From an uncultured Gemmatimonadaceae bacterium (GTDB taxonomy: Bacteria > Gemmatimonadota > Gemmatimonadetes > Gemmatimonadales > Gemmatimonadaceae), in assembly GCA_963740355.1 (NCBI GenBank), contig CAVUDW010000003.1, forward strand, positions 1,824,001 to 1,888,000: DNA of 64,000 nt, in the 5' to 3' direction. Positions 41,789 to 50,509 of the stretch are shown here, piece after piece. Numbering within the stretch: position 1 is the first letter of the stretch; each line of letters begins with the position of its first letter. Both the position numbers and the translations under genes were made by a program. Under the pieces are notes generated by a model. It made no database searches and was not told where the DNA came from. It worked only from the letters and a program-made list of their open reading frames with translations.

Positions 41789-42016
41789 CTACTTGGCCAG
41801 CTCGCGCAACGCGTTGCGGTATTTCTTCGCCGCATGGGCCGCGACCGCGAGTCCAGCCTCGACGTCGGGATCGAACGGTGTCAGGAGAATCCCCTGTGCA
41901 GTCTCGATGGCGAGTACGCGGTCGCCCGCCTCGAGGTGGAGGCGGTCGGCCATATCCTTCGGGATGGTCGCACCAATCGACCCGCCCACCTGGCGCAGTG
42001 TCAGTTCACGGACCAT
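41789..42016 (-). CDS. AbrB/MazE-like antitoxin
   Basis: LRQVGGSIGATIPK, LTPFDP, YRNALRELAK; upstream of doc. Confidence 0.85.
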   Translation of the reverse strand: MVRELTLRQVGGSIGATIPKDMADRLHLEAGDRVLAIETAQGILLTPFDPDVEAGLAVAAHAAKKYRNALRELAK

Positions 42017-42221
42017 CGGTACACCCGCATCATCGGGATTACACCAGAGATTATCGCCAGAACGAAAGTAGCATTATTATGCTACCGATGCAAGCACGCC
42101 CTGCCGGCAGCGTGAGAACGCAGAGAGTGAGGCAATCATCACACCGCGACGGCGTCCGCCGACGGACGGTCCGGGCTCCTACGTTGAGCGGGATCTCAAA
42201 ACGGTTATGCCGACACATCGC

Positions 42222-42420
42222 CCAGGCCGTCTGCCCGTGGAGCATGAAGTGCTCGCAGGAACTGGCGTAGGACTTCACGTTCCGGGAGCGGGCGTTCATC
42301 GCAGGGAAGGATGTCGAGACGCTGGCGTCAGACATCGTGGCGCTGGACCAGAACGTGTTCAGCGCGGCCTTCCGGAAGTCGCCGATGAAGCGGGCGATGC
42401 TCGTTCGGTTGCAGCCCAGT
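42222..42420 (+). pseudogene. queG: queG 3' fragment F
   Basis: QAVCPWSMKCSQELA*DFTFRERAFIAGKDVETLASDIVALDQNVFSAAFRKSPMKRAML; in-frame TAG at 42268. Confidence 0.92.
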
Positions 42421-42484
42421 GTCACGCGCCGGCTGTACCCTCGCCACAGCTCCGTGCGACGTCATGGACAGCGCGCGTCACCTG

Positions 42485-42514
42485 ATGAGCCGGTTTGCGC
42501 AGCATTCGGGTTCT
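42485..42514 (+). promoter_or_regulatory. Candidate ECF-type promoter, copy 1
   Basis: ATGAGCCGGTTT-N9-TCGGGTTCT; the same bipartite motif occurs at 48842-48871 (minus). Confidence 0.5.
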
Positions 42515-42565
42515 GGACGAGTGGAGGTACTGATCGCCGGTACCGAACCCGATCAGGAGAACCGC

Positions 42566-43243
42566 GTGCGTCTGACATCTGCCATCACTGGAATCCTGGT
42601 AATCAGTGTGATCGTCACCGATGGCGCAAAGGGGCAGTCGTCGGGCGTGCATTGCGAGCGTCGGGCACCGCTGGTTGCCACCACCGACACGTCACCAGTG
42701 ACAGATGCATCGCGTTTCACAATGGACTCGATGGCGCGGTCGTGCCCGGACCCGGCGCGTTTGTCACACATTGACCCCATGCCCCCCAGCCGACTCCGGG
42801 TGCTCAGCGGAATCGGTGCCGCCGCGGCCGTCGCGCAGGCCATTGACTCGCCGGAGCAGTGGCCGCGGACCACCGTGGGCCTGTTACAGCGTCTCGCGGA
42901 TCGGTCGGGCGCCGTGGCGATTCAGGCACTCACGTACCACGCCGTCAGCCAGCGCCTTGGGTGGGTGCCGGACCAGGTCTCGTGTCCGACGGGCGCACTG
43001 GCACGCGCGCAGTGCGCGATTGCCAGTACGCTGGTCGTGCGAAACGCCCACGGCGCACCCCGCCCCGATGTCGCACGGCTCGCCGGGCTCACACTTGGCT
43101 CGGCTGCCTCGCTGCTCTGGCGCCCTGAGCGTCGCTCGGGCGGTGACGCCGCGCTGTTCGTCCTGACGCGCGTTGGGAGCGGACTCGCCTTCACCGCCCT
43201 GCGCCACGCGGTCGCCCGCCGACGGCCCTCCGGCCAGCACTGA
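42566..43243 (+). CDS. Hypothetical protein, probably exported or membrane-associated
   Basis: AGGAG RBS before GTG 42566; signal-like N terminus. Confidence 0.5.
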   Translation: MRLTSAITGILVISVIVTDGAKGQSSGVHCERRAPLVATTDTSPVTDASRFTMDSMARSCPDPARLSHIDPMPPSRLRVLSGIGAAAAVAQAIDSPEQWPRTTVGLLQRLADRSGAVAIQALTYHAVSQRLGWVPDQVSCPTGALARAQCAIASTLVVRNAHGAPRPDVARLAGLTLGSAASLLWRPERRSGGDAALFVLTRVGSGLAFTALRHAVARRRPSGQH

Positions 43244-43388
43244 TCCGCCGTTGTCGTTCCACACGTCCGACCGCTGGGCGGAACCAGCGAGCCCCATGAA
43301 CCCCAGGCCAATCCGTACGCTCCGGTGCCGCGATCCACGTCGAACGTCCGTGCATGTTTTTCGCCCATCACCCTCTGCCCGAACGACG

Positions 43389-43838
43389 ATGCGACATCCC
43401 TACCTCTCGGCGCTGGCCGTCACGCTCCTCGTGCTCGGCTGTCGCGCGGATTCACCGCCGACGGCGCCCGACGCGGTGCCACTCGATCCCGCTGGCAGCA
43501 TGACGATCGGCCCCGGAGTGTCCGGGCGCTGGGTGCGTACCGGCTACGCCGTCACCGGTACGGCCACGCTGACCATCGACGGGACCACGGCCCGGCTCGA
43601 TCTGTCGAGTGATTTCAGCATCGGACAGGCCCCCGGCCCCACGCTGTACCTCAACACGCAAAGCAATCCGAACGGAGGACAGCCGTTGCGCATCGGTGCG
43701 CTGCGCAGCCGCAGTGGCGCGCAGTCGTACTCGTTTCAGGTGCCAGCGGGCATACGCTACACACACATCATCATCTGGTGTGATCCGTTCAACGTGGCGA
43801 TGGCGGAAGTCGTGCTTCCGGCCAGCGGCGGGTCGTGA
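43389..43838 (+). CDS. DM13 domain lipoprotein
   Basis: Lipobox VLGC; APGPTLYL, IGALRSRSGAQSY, IIIWCDPF. Confidence 0.8.
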   Translation: MRHPYLSALAVTLLVLGCRADSPPTAPDAVPLDPAGSMTIGPGVSGRWVRTGYAVTGTATLTIDGTTARLDLSSDFSIGQAPGPTLYLNTQSNPNGGQPLRIGALRSRSGAQSYSFQVPAGIRYTHIIIWCDPFNVAMAEVVLPASGGS

Positions 43839-43925
43839 CGCCGTGGCGCAGCCAGTACGATTCCATTGATGTGTAGAAGGAGCACCGGCACGGGTGCATG
43901 CCTCGGCGATCTGCGCGAGTCCTCC

Positions 43926-46900
43926 TCAGGAGCCGCCGGAGCCTCGCTGCCCGGCGGCGGCCGCTGCAGCGAAGGGCACGCCGGTGACGCCCGGCCCCTC
44001 AAGCAGCGCGCGATACCATTCACGCGACTCACTGGACCGGCCGCTCCGATGCAGGCAGTCGGCCAGCGCGAGGCGCTCGGGATACTGGCTGAGAACGGGG
44101 TGCCGTGCGCGCAACGACGTCGGGAGGTCGAGCATCGCCTGCTGAAACGCGCCAAGCGCGCCGGCCACGTCGCCGCCGCGCAGCATGCGGTGGCCCGTCA
44201 GCGCGGCGAGCAATGGCGCTGCGACCCGCGAGGGTGTCGCTGATCGCGTCGCCAGCGCACGGAGGGCTCCGGCCAACCCGGTCGAATCGCTGATCCGGAT
44301 GCTCAGCATGCCGAGCAGATATTCCCGCACGTCGCGCTGCTCACGTCCCGTGAGCCCACTGCCCGCATCCACCGGGGTGACGCGGCGTGTCAGGAGTTCG
44401 TTGCGCAGCGAGCGAAGACTGTCGACGGCGATCGTGACGGATGGCGCCAGCGCGAAGAAGGCGCGATCGTCCACACCGCGTGCCGGATCGAGCCCCTCGG
44501 CGATTCGGAACCGCGACGAGGCCGCGACCCAGTTGCCGTCGGCGACATCCAGTGCCGCGAGGGCCCGCAGTCCTTCCGCCCGCGTGTCGGGGGTGGGAGC
44601 TGCCGCCATGGTGTTGGCGTAGGCACGCGCTGCTGAGCGATCGCGCAAGTCGTTCCCGATGCGCTGCAGACCGACGCGGGCGATAGCGGGGTCATCGCGC
44701 AGGTCGACCGGAAGCGTGTTCGCCGGCGCACCAGCGATGCGTCGGCGGTAGAGCGCCATGTACGCCGCACGGATGCCTGGCTGCTCACCGGCGCTGTTGG
44801 GACTGAAGTACATGCTGTACAGCGTGTCGAGCTGGCCGAGCCGATTGGCCTTGGCAGCGAGATCCATCAGGTACACCGTCACTTCGCGATTGCGCGGATC
44901 GAGCGCCATGACCGACTGGAATGCCTTGCCCGCATCCTGAATCGACCGGCCGCGATAGGGATTGCTGCCGAACTGCGTTTCGCCGAGCAGCATCCACGCC
45001 TCGACATCAGTCGGATAGTCGCGGACCATCTGCGCCAGCCGTCGCTCGGCAGCCGTCGGGCTACCGAAGCGCAGATCGTGATAGGCGCGGATCAACGCCT
45101 GCTGACGCGGCGGCAAGGTGCTCGCCAGATCGTATGCACGTTGGGCCGCCGATGAACTGAGGGATTCCACTTCGTTCCAGCGGGCGGCGCGGGCGAGGCG
45201 ATACCATGCCAACGCGAACTGCGAATCGGCCGCCACCGCTTGCTGAAAGTTCTCGACGGCTGCCGCCGGGCGCGCATCGCGAAGCTCGCGCTCGCCGTCG
45301 AGGAAGGCGCGCAATGCGCGCGATGACGATGTCGTCGCCGCGGCGATGCCGGCGACAGTATCAGCGGGCGCCAGCAGTGCGCTGGCGATGAGCTGGCGCA
45401 CGATCGCGTCGACGCCTCGCGCCAGGCTGGCCGTATCGTCCACGGCAGCGAAGGCGCGACCGATCTCACGGCCGTCGATACTGCGCAACGAGGCGCGGAA
45501 GCTGAGCATCCGGCCGCTCTTGACGAGACTCCCGACGACGTATCGATGGGCTTTCACGCGGACCGCAAGCGCACGCGCATCTGCGGAATCGAGCGTCGTG
45601 GCCCCATCGGTGCCCGCCGCGCCGATGATGGTGTTGGGATCGATGCCGCGGACGAGGCCCGTGCCATCGAACGCCGGCGTGAGCAGGTCGACCATCCCCT
45701 CACGCAGGTACGCGATGTCACTGCCGCCACGCGTCGAGAACGGAAGGATGGCGAGCGTCGGCAACGGCTCGTCGGTTCGCACGACTTCCACCGCTGGCGG
45801 CGACACGCCTGCGGCGGGCGTTCGCCGCGTCCACCACGCCGCACCAGCCAGCGCCGCCGCGACGGTGAGGGCAACGAGCGGCGTGCGAACACCACGCGTA
45901 CGGTGCGCCGACGTCGGGAGCGAGCGTGCTGCCTCGCTGTCAGGTGGCAGTTGGACGTCGCGCACGGGCACCGTGGTCCCTGGCATCGCCTGCAACGCCG
46001 CGAGGACGGCGGCGCCGTCGGCGGGCCGGTCATCGGGTGCGGCGCTCAGCATGCGCCGGATCACGGCTGCAAAGGCTGGCGTCGGAGTCGTTCCATCCAG
46101 GCGTGCGAGCGGCGGTAGCGGCCCGTCGATGATCGCGGCGGCGAGGGTCTCCGGGTCGGCCCCGGTGAACGGGCGCCGACCGGTCACCATCTCGAAGAAC
46201 GTGACCCCGAGCGCCCACACGTCGGCGCGCGCACTGCGCGGGGCGCCACGCCAGAGCTCGGGGGCGAGGTATGGGAGTGTCCCGATCAGCCCCTGCCCGC
46301 TCAGCGATGCCGCCTCGTGTTCATGCACGGCGACACCAAAATCGAGCAGACGCGCAACATCACCCTCACCGAAGCCGACATTCGCCGGCTTGATGTCACC
46401 ATGCACGATCCCGGCGTGGTGTGCGCTGGCAAGGCCACGTGCGAGATGATTCGCGATCGTCATCACGTCATCGAGTGTCAGCAGGCCACTGCGCAAGCGA
46501 TCGCGCAGCGTGCCACCGGCGCAGAAGGCCATCACGATGCAGAGTGCACCGTCGGCCGTCGATTCGATCGCGTAAATGGCGCAGACGTGCGGGTCATCGA
46601 GTCGCGACGCCGCCTGCGCTTCGCGGACGAGCCGTGCGCGAGCCACCGCATCGCCGCTCACTGATGGCGCGAGCACCTTGATCGCCACGTCGCGTTCGAG
46701 GAGTGTGTCGCGCCCCCGATAGACGATGCCCGCACCGCCGCTGCCGATCCGCTCGTGCACGACGAAGTGCCGGATGCGGTCCCCGGGCGCGACGACGTCG
46801 GTGCGCGGCGCATCGTGGTCCGGAGACTGCGTGTCGCGCAGGTCATCATGTGCCAGCGCGGGCTGGATGATGTCCGCATGCAGTTCGTCGAGAAATGCTG

Positions 46901-47072
46901 TCGCGCCGTCATGCGCGGCGACCAACGATTCGAGCTCGGCGCGGAACGCTGCGTCGGACCCGTACGTCGTCGCGAGGTACGAGGCGCGCTGCGACGTCGG
47001 CAACGAGATGACGAGCTCGAACGCGCTGCTCAACCGCTCCCAGCTCGCGCGAGCCTCTGGCGGTTCAACCAT
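43926..47072 (-). CDS. Membrane Ser/Thr protein kinase with TPR domain (ECF-associated)
   Basis: IGSGGAGIVY, VAIK, HGDIKPAN, LLDFG, GTLPYLAPE; TM segment; start overlaps the ECF stop. Confidence 0.9.
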   Translation of the reverse strand: MVEPPEARASWERLSSAFELVISLPTSQRASYLATTYGSDAAFRAELESLVAAHDGATAFLDELHADIIQPALAHDDLRDTQSPDHDAPRTDVVAPGDRIRHFVVHERIGSGGAGIVYRGRDTLLERDVAIKVLAPSVSGDAVARARLVREAQAASRLDDPHVCAIYAIESTADGALCIVMAFCAGGTLRDRLRSGLLTLDDVMTIANHLARGLASAHHAGIVHGDIKPANVGFGEGDVARLLDFGVAVHEHEAASLSGQGLIGTLPYLAPELWRGAPRSARADVWALGVTFFEMVTGRRPFTGADPETLAAAIIDGPLPPLARLDGTTPTPAFAAVIRRMLSAAPDDRPADGAAVLAALQAMPGTTVPVRDVQLPPDSEAARSLPTSAHRTRGVRTPLVALTVAAALAGAAWWTRRTPAAGVSPPAVEVVRTDEPLPTLAILPFSTRGGSDIAYLREGMVDLLTPAFDGTGLVRGIDPNTIIGAAGTDGATTLDSADARALAVRVKAHRYVVGSLVKSGRMLSFRASLRSIDGREIGRAFAAVDDTASLARGVDAIVRQLIASALLAPADTVAGIAAATTSSSRALRAFLDGERELRDARPAAAVENFQQAVAADSQFALAWYRLARAARWNEVESLSSSAAQRAYDLASTLPPRQQALIRAYHDLRFGSPTAAERRLAQMVRDYPTDVEAWMLLGETQFGSNPYRGRSIQDAGKAFQSVMALDPRNREVTVYLMDLAAKANRLGQLDTLYSMYFSPNSAGEQPGIRAAYMALYRRRIAGAPANTLPVDLRDDPAIARVGLQRIGNDLRDRSAARAYANTMAAAPTPDTRAEGLRALAALDVADGNWVAASSRFRIAEGLDPARGVDDRAFFALAPSVTIAVDSLRSLRNELLTRRVTPVDAGSGLTGREQRDVREYLLGMLSIRISDSTGLAGALRALATRSATPSRVAAPLLAALTGHRMLRGGDVAGALGAFQQAMLDLPTSLRARHPVLSQYPERLALADCLHRSGRSSESREWYRALLEGPGVTGVPFAAAAAAGQRGSGGS

Positions 47073-47670
47073 GGTTCGTGGTGTCGGCGTCACGCAGCGC
47101 ACGATGCAACCAGGCCTGTGCGACGGCCCAGTCGCGCTTCACGGTCGCCTCAGAGATCTCGAGCGCGAGCGCGGTCTCGGGGATGGACAATCCCCCGAAG
47201 TAGCGGCACTCCACCACGCGACAGGGCCGCGGATGCAACTGCTCGAGACGTAGCAGCGCCGCATCGAGCGCCGCAACGCGATCGACCAGATCATCCGGCA
47301 CGACACCGAGTTTCTCGGCCAGCGCACCATCAAAGGTGTCGACGACCGCGGAGCCGCCACGCTTGAGTGCCTGTGCGTCACGGGCATAGTTGCTGACGAT
47401 CTGCCGGGTGGCCCGCACTGCGACGGCGAAGAAGTGACCACGGTTCTGAACCGAAAGCGAGCCGGCGCCCGCCAGCCGCAGGTAGACTTCGTGCACGAGC
47501 GCGGTCGTTTCGAGCGTGTGATCACCACGGGCGGCATTCCGCCGACGGAGCCGTCGCGCGATCAGCCGCAGTTCATCGTAGACGCGCGCGAACAGCTGGT
47601 CGCCGGCCTTCGTGTCACCATCGCCCCACGCCCGGATCAATCCGGTGACGGAGTCATCGACCTCGGACAC
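47065..47670 (-). CDS. ECF sigma factor of the Ser/Thr kinase-associated type
   Basis: VYDELRLIA, HTLETTALVHEVYLRL, HFFAVA, VECRYFGGLS, TVKRDW. Confidence 0.9.
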   Translation of the reverse strand: MSEVDDSVTGLIRAWGDGDTKAGDQLFARVYDELRLIARRLRRRNAARGDHTLETTALVHEVYLRLAGAGSLSVQNRGHFFAVAVRATRQIVSNYARDAQALKRGGSAVVDTFDGALAEKLGVVPDDLVDRVAALDAALLRLEQLHPRPCRVVECRYFGGLSIPETALALEISEATVKRDWAVAQAWLHRALRDADTTNHG

Positions 47671-47984
47671 CCGAACCTCGCACTGGTGGAAAGCGCTGCG
47701 AGCCGGGGCGTTCCGCCACGGGTCCGGAACTGTGGTGCTCCAGATTTCCGACAGACAGCGTTGCTCGACACAATCTATCGAGCGGCATCCAGGTGGCGAA
47801 TCGGTGATGGGTACCGATAGTGACCTGACGAGAGCGATGCACGCGACACCGCGGACACGATCGCCCTCCAGCACCAGGTGTTGGCGCTGCAGGGCGATGG
47901 TGTCCGCGACGTCGCGTCGCTGCGACGTCGCGGGGCGCCGAACGTGTAGCGTTCCCGTGTCAAGTGGTTCGGTAACGCGGCGAG

Positions 47985-48779
47985 TCAGGCAGACATGCGC
48001 TTCCGTCGCGCGATGACGCCGAGCATCAGCAAGCCCGAACCGAAGAGCACGTAGGTCGCAGGCTCAGGCACGACGGACGACGCGGTGAAATCGATGCGAT
48101 ACACCGCATCGGTGGCGGCCAGACCACTCGAGAAGACGTAGCCAGCGGCCGTCATCTGGCCGTCAAAGCCCATCAGTTCCGCGAAGTTGAACGAGACGAC
48201 GCCGTTCTGCGGCGTGCGGACGTCGTTCATGCCGTTGACCAGGAACGCCGCGCCCCCGACGCTGAAGGTTTCAGACCCAGCGTCCCAGATCTGACCGGCC
48301 GTCTGCGTGATGCTGCTGATCAGCAGATTTCCCGCGTCATCGAAGAGGCGGTATTGCTGCGGATTGTCGTTGCCGATGAAGAAGTCGTTGCTGGGGATGA
48401 CCATCGACGCGAACGAGAAGAACCGGTTCATCCCCGCATTGACGATGAAGCTCTGGCTGCGCGACTGTCCCGGCGTGAGGGCCCCGCCGATCGTGCCGCG
48501 GTTCGCCGTCGGATCCGCGGCGGCAAAGTCGGCTTGCCACTGGCCACCAGCACCGCCTTCAGCGACTGACACGATGCCGGGGCCGCCCGGGTTGCCGATA
48601 TTGAAGGCGTCGAACGCGCCATTGTGGAAGCCGAGGTGCAGTGGCGCGAAGCTGATGCTGTTCGGCTTCGCGAGGTTGGTGATCGTGACCGTCACCATCC
48701 GTTGCTGCGCCTGAATGGCGGATGCAGCGATCGTCAGTACAGTCGTGGCGCGAAACAGTGTCGACATGCAGCGGTTCAT
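47985..48779 (-). CDS. PEP-CTERM sorted protein with a spondin-like domain
   Basis: Signal peptide; VAEGG, FASMVIPSNDFF, WDAGSE; VPEPATYVLFGSGLLMLGVIARRKR. Confidence 0.88.
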   Translation of the reverse strand: MNRCMSTLFRATTVLTIAASAIQAQQRMVTVTITNLAKPNSISFAPLHLGFHNGAFDAFNIGNPGGPGIVSVAEGGAGGQWQADFAAADPTANRGTIGGALTPGQSRSQSFIVNAGMNRFFSFASMVIPSNDFFIGNDNPQQYRLFDDAGNLLISSITQTAGQIWDAGSETFSVGGAAFLVNGMNDVRTPQNGVVSFNFAELMGFDGQMTAAGYVFSSGLAATDAVYRIDFTASSVVPEPATYVLFGSGLLMLGVIARRKRMSA

Positions 48780-48841
48780 GTAGCGAACTCCCTCGATGCG
48801 GTGTGGGTCGGATCCGGGACGGGGCGTCTCCGTTGCAGTGG

Positions 48842-48871
48842 AGCACCCGATTCCGCGCAAAACCGGCTCAT
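48842..48871 (-). promoter_or_regulatory. Candidate ECF-type promoter, copy 2
   Basis: ATGAGCCGGTTT-N9-TCGGGTGCT, ending ~62 nt upstream of the PEP-CTERM start. Confidence 0.5.
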
Positions 48872-49286
48872 TGCCGCTCTTTAGCTTCGGATCAGCCGCA
48901 CTTTTCCGCTCGAGGGTCTCCGCCAGCCCCCACCGCAGGCGCGGCGCCGGGGTCCACTTTCCCCATCGGGTCGGCACACCACCGACAGCCGCGGCGCCAC
49001 GCCGGCCGGGCTCGGTGTGAGAAGCGCGGCGCCCTGCGCGCGCCGTTGTCACGCACGAGCACTGGATTGCCCACGGTTTCAATGAGCGACGTCCCCCCAC
49101 AAAGGGTTGAGGTCCCGTCGGCCATGCTGGTCCAGTTCCGACGCACGCCGGATCAGCCGACCACCTGTGGTTGATGCCAGGCTCGCACCGCATCAGGTTC
49201 TCTGTACGAACTTCGCGCGTTCCAGCGAGCTCCCAGACTCCGGACGCAAGCGGCAGTGTGCCGGCCACGATCATCCCGAGGACCCG

Positions 49287-49727
49287 ATGACGCCGCCCCG
49301 ACCGATTCACCCGGCCTTCCGCGTGCTGCTCGGTCGCAAGCAGCCCGAGCTGATCGAACTCTTCTCCGATCTCCGAACCTTCATCCTTGAACTGCATCCC
49401 GCGGCGAACGAACTGCTCTATCACACGCACGCGCTGACCGCTGTCTTCTCGGTGTCGGACAAACTGGGCGACGCCTACTGCATGCTTCCGATCTACACCA
49501 AGCACGTCAACCTCGGCTTCAACAAGGGCACGCGGTTACCTGACTCTCACAAATTGCTCGAAGGCACGGGCAACCTGATCCGACATGTGCCGGTGACGCA
49601 GGCCAGCGACTATCGGAATCCGAAGGTGAAGGCGCTGGTCAGGGCCGCCATTGAATTTGCGATGTCGGACATGGATGCACCCTCGTCGTCGGTCGGCAAG
49701 ACGATTTCGAAGATCACGAAGGGTTAG
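49287..49727 (+). CDS. DUF1801 domain protein
   Basis: KHVNLGFNKGTRLPDSHKLLEGTGNLIRHV. Confidence 0.8.
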   Translation: MTPPRPIHPAFRVLLGRKQPELIELFSDLRTFILELHPAANELLYHTHALTAVFSVSDKLGDAYCMLPIYTKHVNLGFNKGTRLPDSHKLLEGTGNLIRHVPVTQASDYRNPKVKALVRAAIEFAMSDMDAPSSSVGKTISKITKG

Positions 49728-49866
49728 CCGACTGGAGATGCAGCCCGGTGAAACCAACGGCGTCGCGTGGGCTCACGGAGACGATTCGCGTGTGAGCGGC
49801 GGTCAGCAGCGGGAGTCGTCGTCACTCGAATTCCGGATACGCACGAGACGCCGTAGCTTGTAATGC

Positions 49867-50388
49867 ATGTCCACGACCCCGCAAACCGTCGATTTCATCT
49901 GTGCGCAGTCCGGCCTCGCGCAGCGCATCACTGCCCGCAAGATGTTCGGTGAGTATGCGCTCTACGTCGATGGCAAGGTCGTCGCACTCGTCTGTGATGA
50001 CACGTTGTTCGTGAAGCCGACACCCATGGGAGCCGCATTGCTTGGTGCGGTCGACCTGCAGCCGCCCTATTCGGGCGCCAAGCCACACTTCTGCATCACC
50101 GAGCAGATCGACGACCGCGAGCTGCTCCAGCGACTCTTGCTCCTGACAGCCGAGGCGATGCCGACGCCCAAGGCGAAGGCGCCTGCGAAATCGAAGGCGT
50201 CGGCAGGGACAGCCACGAAGACACCGGCGCGGACTTCCACCTCCGTCGCGGCAACGCGACCCACCGCGAAGACCGCCACGAAGACCGCTACGAAGGCCGC
50301 CACGAAGGCCGCCACGAAGACCGCCACGAAGTCCCCCGTGAAGAAGTCACCAGCAAAACCGTCCGTAAAACCTCGCCCGACGCGATGA
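49867..50388 (+). CDS. TfoX/Sxy N-terminal domain protein with a Lys/Ala/Thr-rich tail
   Basis: ARKMFGEYALYVDGKVVALVCDDTLFVKPT, PPYSGAK. Confidence 0.85.
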   Translation: MSTTPQTVDFICAQSGLAQRITARKMFGEYALYVDGKVVALVCDDTLFVKPTPMGAALLGAVDLQPPYSGAKPHFCITEQIDDRELLQRLLLLTAEAMPTPKAKAPAKSKASAGTATKTPARTSTSVAATRPTAKTATKTATKAATKAATKTATKSPVKKSPAKPSVKPRPTR

Positions 50389-50509
50389 TGGCCAGAACAC
50401 GCACGTCCGAAGCGCTCGGCCTGTTCGGCTCGCATGCAGGCGGCACCGGTGGCACTCGAACCCTTGCACGAATCGCCCGCAGATCGCAACACCGACCGTG
50501 CGGGTCGAA

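Noticed and set aside
42192..42217. Bona fide dif site
   Set aside because: Only one arm is XerC-like; no TTATGTTAAAT-like partner at 6-bp spacing.
27737..42420. queG repeats as a diversity-generating retroelement (template/variable repeats)
   Set aside because: No reverse transcriptase in the window; differences are not adenine-specific and include indels and stops.
28038..42480. Classical integron
   Set aside because: No IntI gene and no convincing RYYYAAC...GTTRRRY attC hairpins seen by eye; a covariance search was not possible.
48780..49505. 506-aa PEP-CTERM ORF extension
   Set aside because: Overlaps the DUF1801 gene on the other strand; RBS and signal peptide support ATG 48779.
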